A stretch of 64,000 nt of DNA from NCBI GenBank assembly GCA_951406725.2, contig OX597821.1, positions 7,006,001-7,070,000 on the forward strand. Reading direction: 5' to 3'. The notes below the pieces were generated by a model. The model saw only the letters and a program-made list of their open reading frames with translations. It searched no databases and was not told the DNA's origin. Made by a program: the position numbers and the translations under genes. The stretch is from Octopus vulgaris. Taxonomy: Eukaryota. Below are positions 59,319-64,000 of this stretch, piece by piece; the first letter of the stretch is position 1, and each line of letters opens with the position of its first letter.

Positions 59319-59545
59319 AGAGAGTATTAGTGCGTAAGATTGGTCTGGACGTGCGTATGTATGGGGTTGGTGTATGTATTAGTATGTATTAGTATGTATT
59401 AGTACGTATTGGTATGTATAGGTGTGTGTGTGTGTGTGAGAGAGAGTATAAGTGCGTATGCGGGGTCTGGACGTGTGTATGTATAGGGTTGGTGTAAGTA
59501 TTAGTATGTACTAGTATGTATTAGTACGTATTAGTATGTATTAGT
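59234..59545. repeat. Roughly 110-120-bp tandem repeat, three copies, in the Penelope 3' region
   Basis: GGTCTGGAYGTGYGTATGTATRGGGTTGGTGTA..TATTAGTATG recurs near 59236, 59342 and 59464. Confidence 0.8.
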
Positions 59546-59928
59546 TGGTGTGTGTATTAGTATGGCACATCATATGTGATGTGATGTGTAAAGTCATGTG
59601 GTGTAGTGAGGAGAAGAGGGGAGGGGAGAAGAGGGGGGAGAGAAGGGGAGGGGAAGAAGAGGGGGAGGAGAAGGGGGAGAGGAGAGGATGGGGGAGAAGG
59701 AAGGGGATGAGGGGGATGAAGGAGGAAAGAGGGAGAGGGGGAGAGAGAAGGGGAGAGAGGGAGTGAGGGAGCAGAGGGAAGGGGAAGAGGGAGGGAGAAA
59801 GAGGGAAGAAGGGAAGGGGAGTAGGGGTGAAAGGATGAAGGACTGAAGAAGTAGGGGTGAAAGGATGAAGGACTGAAGAAGTAGGGATCGGGGGGAGAAA
59901 GGATAGGTGAGGAGGGGGGAAAGGGGGG

Positions 59929-61437
59929 TTAGATGAGGAGGGGGAGAGAGTTGAGACCAAATGGCGTATAAGAGCGAAGAGAGAAGATTAATTCCTGTTC
60001 ACGGCGCAAACGGGAATCCGGATGGCCTCTGTGTAAGGACAAACCGAACACAGATAGGTGTTGCAAGGAGTGACCGGTGGAGCGGAAATGGCGTGAGACC
60101 GGTGTGTCGTTCGCAAGGTGGATGTCACGAAGGTGTTCCGCGAACCGGTCAGCCAAGCGGCGTCCCGTTTGTCCGATGTACAAGGAATTGCAGAGAGAGC
60201 AAGAGATGCAATAGATAATATTGCTGGAGGTGCAGGTGAAGGAGTGGATGATGGGATAGGGTCGATGGTGGGTGCTAGTGAGGCGGGTGGTGTTGGAGAG
60301 GTAAGGGCAAGTGCGGCAACGTGGGCGGGAGCAGGGGAACGAGCCGGGTTGGGAGGTAGGGTCAGGGAAGGAGCTATGGACCAAAAGGTCTCGAAGGTTG
60401 TGGGCTCGTTTGAAAGAGGGGAGGGGTCGGTTAGGGAAGAGGTGTGAAGTGGACGGGTCGGACTGGAGATGACGGAAAGCTCGAAGAATGGTGCGTTGGA
60501 GACGTAGGGTCGTGGGGTGGTAAGTGAGGGGAAAAGGGAGGCGGGAGACTACAGGGCGGGTTCGGGGAGAGAGAGCAGATACACGGTCCACGGACCGTGC
60601 TCTGGCAAGGGCGGTGTGGATAGTGGTGAGGGGGTATCCACGTAGGGTGAAGTGGTGAGCCATACGTTGAGACTGAGTCTCAAAGTCATGGTCGTCACTA
60701 CAGAGCCTACGTAGACGGAGGAATTGGGAATAGGGGATGGAAAGCTTGGTGTGTTCTGGGTGGGAGGAAGAGAAGTTGAGGTATGAGTGTGAGTCTGTGT
60801 GTTTGTAGTGAATGGAGGTGGTAAGAGTGGAGTGAAGAATGCTAACCGAAATGTCGAGGAAGGAGACAGAGGTGTTGGAGATAGTGGAAGTGAAGTGGAG
60901 GGCTGGATGGAAAGATTGGACGAAAGAGAGGAAGGAATCTAGATGTTCGCGGGAGAGTGAGGTGGCACCGATAATGTCGTCAATATAACGACCATATAGT
61001 TCAGGAGTGGGACCAGTGAAATTAGAGAATATTTGGGCCTCAACATAGCCAACGAACAGGTTCGCATAGTTGGGGCCCATTCGCGTTCCCATGGCCACTC
61101 CCGAGACCTGATGGTAGAACTCGCCCGCGAACGAGAAGCAGTTCAGAGTAAGGACAAGTTCGGCCAGACGAATGAGTGTGGAGGTGTCAGGTACAGGGTT
61201 AGAGCGGAGGTCAAGAAAGTGTCGAAGGGCCTGCAGTCCTTCGTGGTGAGGGATAACAGTATAGAGGCTTTGGATGTCCATAGTAAAAAGGATTTTGGAG
61301 GAGCCGGGAGGAAAGGAGAAAGAGTTGAAAAGCCGGAGAGCATGGTTGGTATCGTGGATGTGGGAGGGAAAAGATGCCACTAGGGGGGCAAGGACATGGT
61401 CGAGGTATTTAGAGATGAGCTCCGTGGGGCAGTTACA
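59929..61437 (-). CDS. Penelope-like reverse transcriptase + GIY-YIG endonuclease (partial; the N-terminal YI run of the listed ORF is microsatellite)
   Basis: [43 protein letters not shown] linker, [44 protein letters not shown]. Confidence 0.93.
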   Translation of the reverse strand, partial: CNCPTELISKYLDHVLAPLVASFPSHIHDTNHALRLFNSFSFPPGSSKILFTMDIQSLYTVIPHHEGLQALRHFLDLRSNPVPDTSTLIRLAELVLTLNCFSFAGEFYHQVSGVAMGTRMGPNYANLFVGYVEAQIFSNFTGPTPELYGRYIDDIIGATSLSREHLDSFLSFVQSFHPALHFTSTISNTSVSFLDISVSILHSTLTTSIHYKHTDSHSYLNFSSSHPEHTKLSIPYSQFLRLRRLCSDDHDFETQSQRMAHHFTLRGYPLTTIHTALARARSVDRVSALSPRTRPVVSRLPFPLTYHPTTLRLQRTILRAFRHLQSDPSTSHLFPNRPLPSFKRAHNLRDLLVHSSFPDPTSQPGSFPCSRPRCRTCPYLSNTTRLTSTHHRPYPIIHSFTCTSSNIIYCISCSLCNSLYIGQTGRRLADRFAEHLRDIHLANDTPVSRHFRSTGHSLQHLSVFGLSLHRGHPDSRLRREQELIFSLRSYTPFGLNSLPLLI

Positions 61438-61462
61438 GTTATATATATATACACATATACAT

Positions 61463-61567
<105 letters not shown>

Positions 61568-61638
61568 GGAGTAAACACATAAATGTGAAACAAGGTGGAA
61601 AAAAAGAGTACTCAAATACCAGTGGTAGAGTAATATGC

Positions 61639-61833
61639 TTTATTTAAAGCAGCAGAAAATTCAACAAAATCTGTTACTCTGAGTTTCTCGTTGCCGTTCA
61701 TCAGACAGTTTTTGCTAGAATGGAACGGATATATCAATTGATATATCGGTTCCATTCTAGCAAAAACTGTCTGATGAACGGCAACGAGAAACTCAGAGTA
61801 ACAGATTTTGTTGAATTTTCTGCTGCTTTAAAT

Positions 61834-61836
<3 letters not shown>
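61639..61836. repeat. 198-bp spacerless palindrome carrying one hammerhead motif per arm
   Basis: Centre GATATATCAA|TTGATATATC between 61737 and 61738; one mismatch. HHR at 61762-61809 (+) and its mirror on the minus strand. Confidence 0.95.
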
Positions 61837-61917
<81 letters not shown>

Positions 61918-61956
61918 TATATATATACATATATATATATACATATACATACATAT

Positions 61957-61991
<35 letters not shown>

Positions 61992-63136
61992 GATATATAT
62001 ATACATATACATACATATACATATATATATATATATAGATATAGATATATATATATATATGCATGTATGTATGTATGTATGTATGTATGCATGTATGTAT
62101 ACAACCGGCTTCCACACAGTTACTGTCGACCAAATTGACTCATAAGTCATTGCTCGGTGATCTGGAGCAGTATAGAAAACTCTAACCCAAAATAACACGT
62201 AATGGGACTGAACCCAAAGCTATGTAGTCACAAGCGAGTGTCTTAACCACACAGCCACTTCTGGGCCTACTAACATTTTTTTTTATCCTTTTCCTTTTCC
62301 ACATTTTTTAAATGTTTACTTTTGTAAACTGTCATAATTTTTCCTTTTTTTTTTTTTCATTAAATAAAATAAAATATCGTCAGATTATTGTGGAACTGCC
62401 ATTTTTTCAGACAAACTAACAATTATTTCTAATACTTTCTTCCACACTTGAATATATTAAACAAGCAACGCAAAGCAAATTAGAAAAAAAGATTCGAATA
62501 GTTTCTTTTTTGTTTTTGTTTTTACTCTTTATCTTAAAATGTTTTATCGTATTTCTGTCTTTTTTTTTCTTGTAAAAAAAAACAAAAAAAAAAACGATTT
62601 GATGTAAATAAACACATTAGATCCAATATTGAAGGAATTGATTCTGGCTCAGATTTTTTTTTTTTTGTTTTTGTTTACATTGTTAATGTTTTTTATTGAA
62701 TTCTTAAAGTTTTAAAATTTGCAGTAACGGATATAATTGTCAGCTGTTGAGTTTATTAGAAAATCTGCGGAGTGTCTGTAAGGAAAAACAAACTCTCTTG
62801 TGGACGAGGCCCTACATAGATGCCAGACCAGCTAGAAATAGCAACAAGATACACTCAACCGTCATAAAATAAAAACAGAAAAAAGTAAGAGACGTACCAT
62901 CCGTACCATCCGAGAGAAAGACGAGGGGGATGCATGCTTAGAACATCTTTTTGCTTTTCCTTTTTCTTTTTTCTTGCAAGTGCAAGCGTGGCTCGTTTTA
63001 CAGCTACATGGATTCGGGTTCAATCCCACTGCGCGGCATCTTGGGCAGGTGTATTCTACTATATCCCCGGGTTGACCAGAACCTTGTTAGTAAAATTTAA
63101 AGTCCGGCGTGTGTGTGAATATATATATATATATAT

Positions 63137-63179
63137 ACTAGCATTAAAGACCCGTCGTTGCCGGGTCATAGTGCTAGTG
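63137..63179 (+). mobile_element. Minimal Helentron/DINE-like end hairpin in (TA)n
   Basis: ACTAGCA-TTAAA-GACCCG-TCGTTGC-CGGGTC-ATAG-TGCTAGT, similar to the 5' end at 12662. Confidence 0.4.
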
Positions 63180-63309
63180 CATGTATATATGTGTATATAT
63201 ATATATATATATGTGTACATATTACATGTACATCTATATATATATAGACATCTACACATAAAATACAAAATACAAAGTTATATCTTGATATCGCTAGTGA
63301 TAACAATAC

Positions 63310-63620
63310 TCAAAATATATAACAGACTGGAAATGTTAGCCCGCCTCTTGCAATTTCGATCAATTGTATCTTGTCCTCCCTCTTGTATAGAAGTATGGCT
63401 ACAATCCAGCCTACATCTACTTCGGGGGGAGGGCATTTAAAATTTTTTCCGGGACGTCCTACGTCCCAGATATAAAGGTAAAAATAAAATATTTCCACTT
63501 TGCAAGTTCGAGTCGAGTACTCCCTTGCACGCTCCGTTGACTCGAACCTTGCTTCTATTGTGACGAATTTACCGCCTCTGATTAGATACCTTTCATAGTC
63601 ACACCAAGACACTTTTCGAA
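63310..63620 (-). mobile_element. Probable LINE ORF1 relic
   Basis: YLIRGGKFVTIEARFESTERAREYS..LYLGRRTSR..PPEVDVGWIVAIL. Frameshifted; the family assignment is inference. Confidence 0.35.
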
Positions 63621-64000
63621 GGTGTGTTCAAATCTTCTTTTTTCTCTACATTGTATACTTTATAGACAATAGTCTTTTCTTTAATTTAATTTTTTATTAT
63701 CTATCTGGACTATTCCATTTCTGCACGCTAATTTTATTTTTAATTTATTCCCATTCATGTGAAACCACTTATTCAAGTTCAAGTCATTGATGCAATTTTA
63801 TACCAGTTGCTATTTCTACTTTTGTTATGTTACGATTATATTGTACTTTAGTTTGATTTTAATTATTACTTACTACATATAATTCAATTGTTATTATTAT
63901 TTTTTATTGTTAAAGTGAAAGTATCTGACATAAAATAGGGAAACGTTTCACTTTTAACAAATGATTTGAGCTCAAATACTGGCGATTCATTGGTTAAAAT

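Larger units (their letters stand above)
58916..61437 (-). mobile_element. Penelope-like element (Neptune-type), 5'-truncated, embedded in (TA)n
   Basis: Open RT + GIY-YIG frame; 3' region with purine tract, tandem repeats and a terminal hammerhead motif; (TA)n on both sides. Confidence 0.92.

Overview
Gene-free, extremely repeat-rich animal DNA. The SINE families, the RTE/Dong/Penelope content and the dense (TA)n, (TATG)n and (AAT)n microsatellites suggest a coleoid cephalopod (Octopus-like) genome; this is inference. I found no host protein-coding exon: every ORF is either translated microsatellite or transposon-derived. Recognisable contents: two young 5'-truncated RTE LINE copies; at least seven R4/Dong-clade (restriction-like endonuclease) fragments, most of them in or next to (AAT)n; one young Neptune-type Penelope-like element (RT + GIY-YIG, open frame of about 500 codons) and one decayed one; two Tc1/mariner transposase relics; two hAT MITEs; a Helentron-type non-autonomous element; three abundant tRNA-derived SINE families; and a 4.9-kb compound (AAT)/(GAT) satellite with higher-order structure. 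The main unexplained signal is about ten minimal hammerhead-ribozyme (HHR) motifs with palindromic helix III. Most sit in short non-coding modules, many docked in (TA)n tracts and some arranged as long palindromes. They include a natural G3-C8 core swap and an HHR with a long AU-rich helix-II insert. Together they suggest a (TA)n-associated Penelope/retrozyme-like ribozyme system. All RNA folds were parsed by eye and none has been tested.
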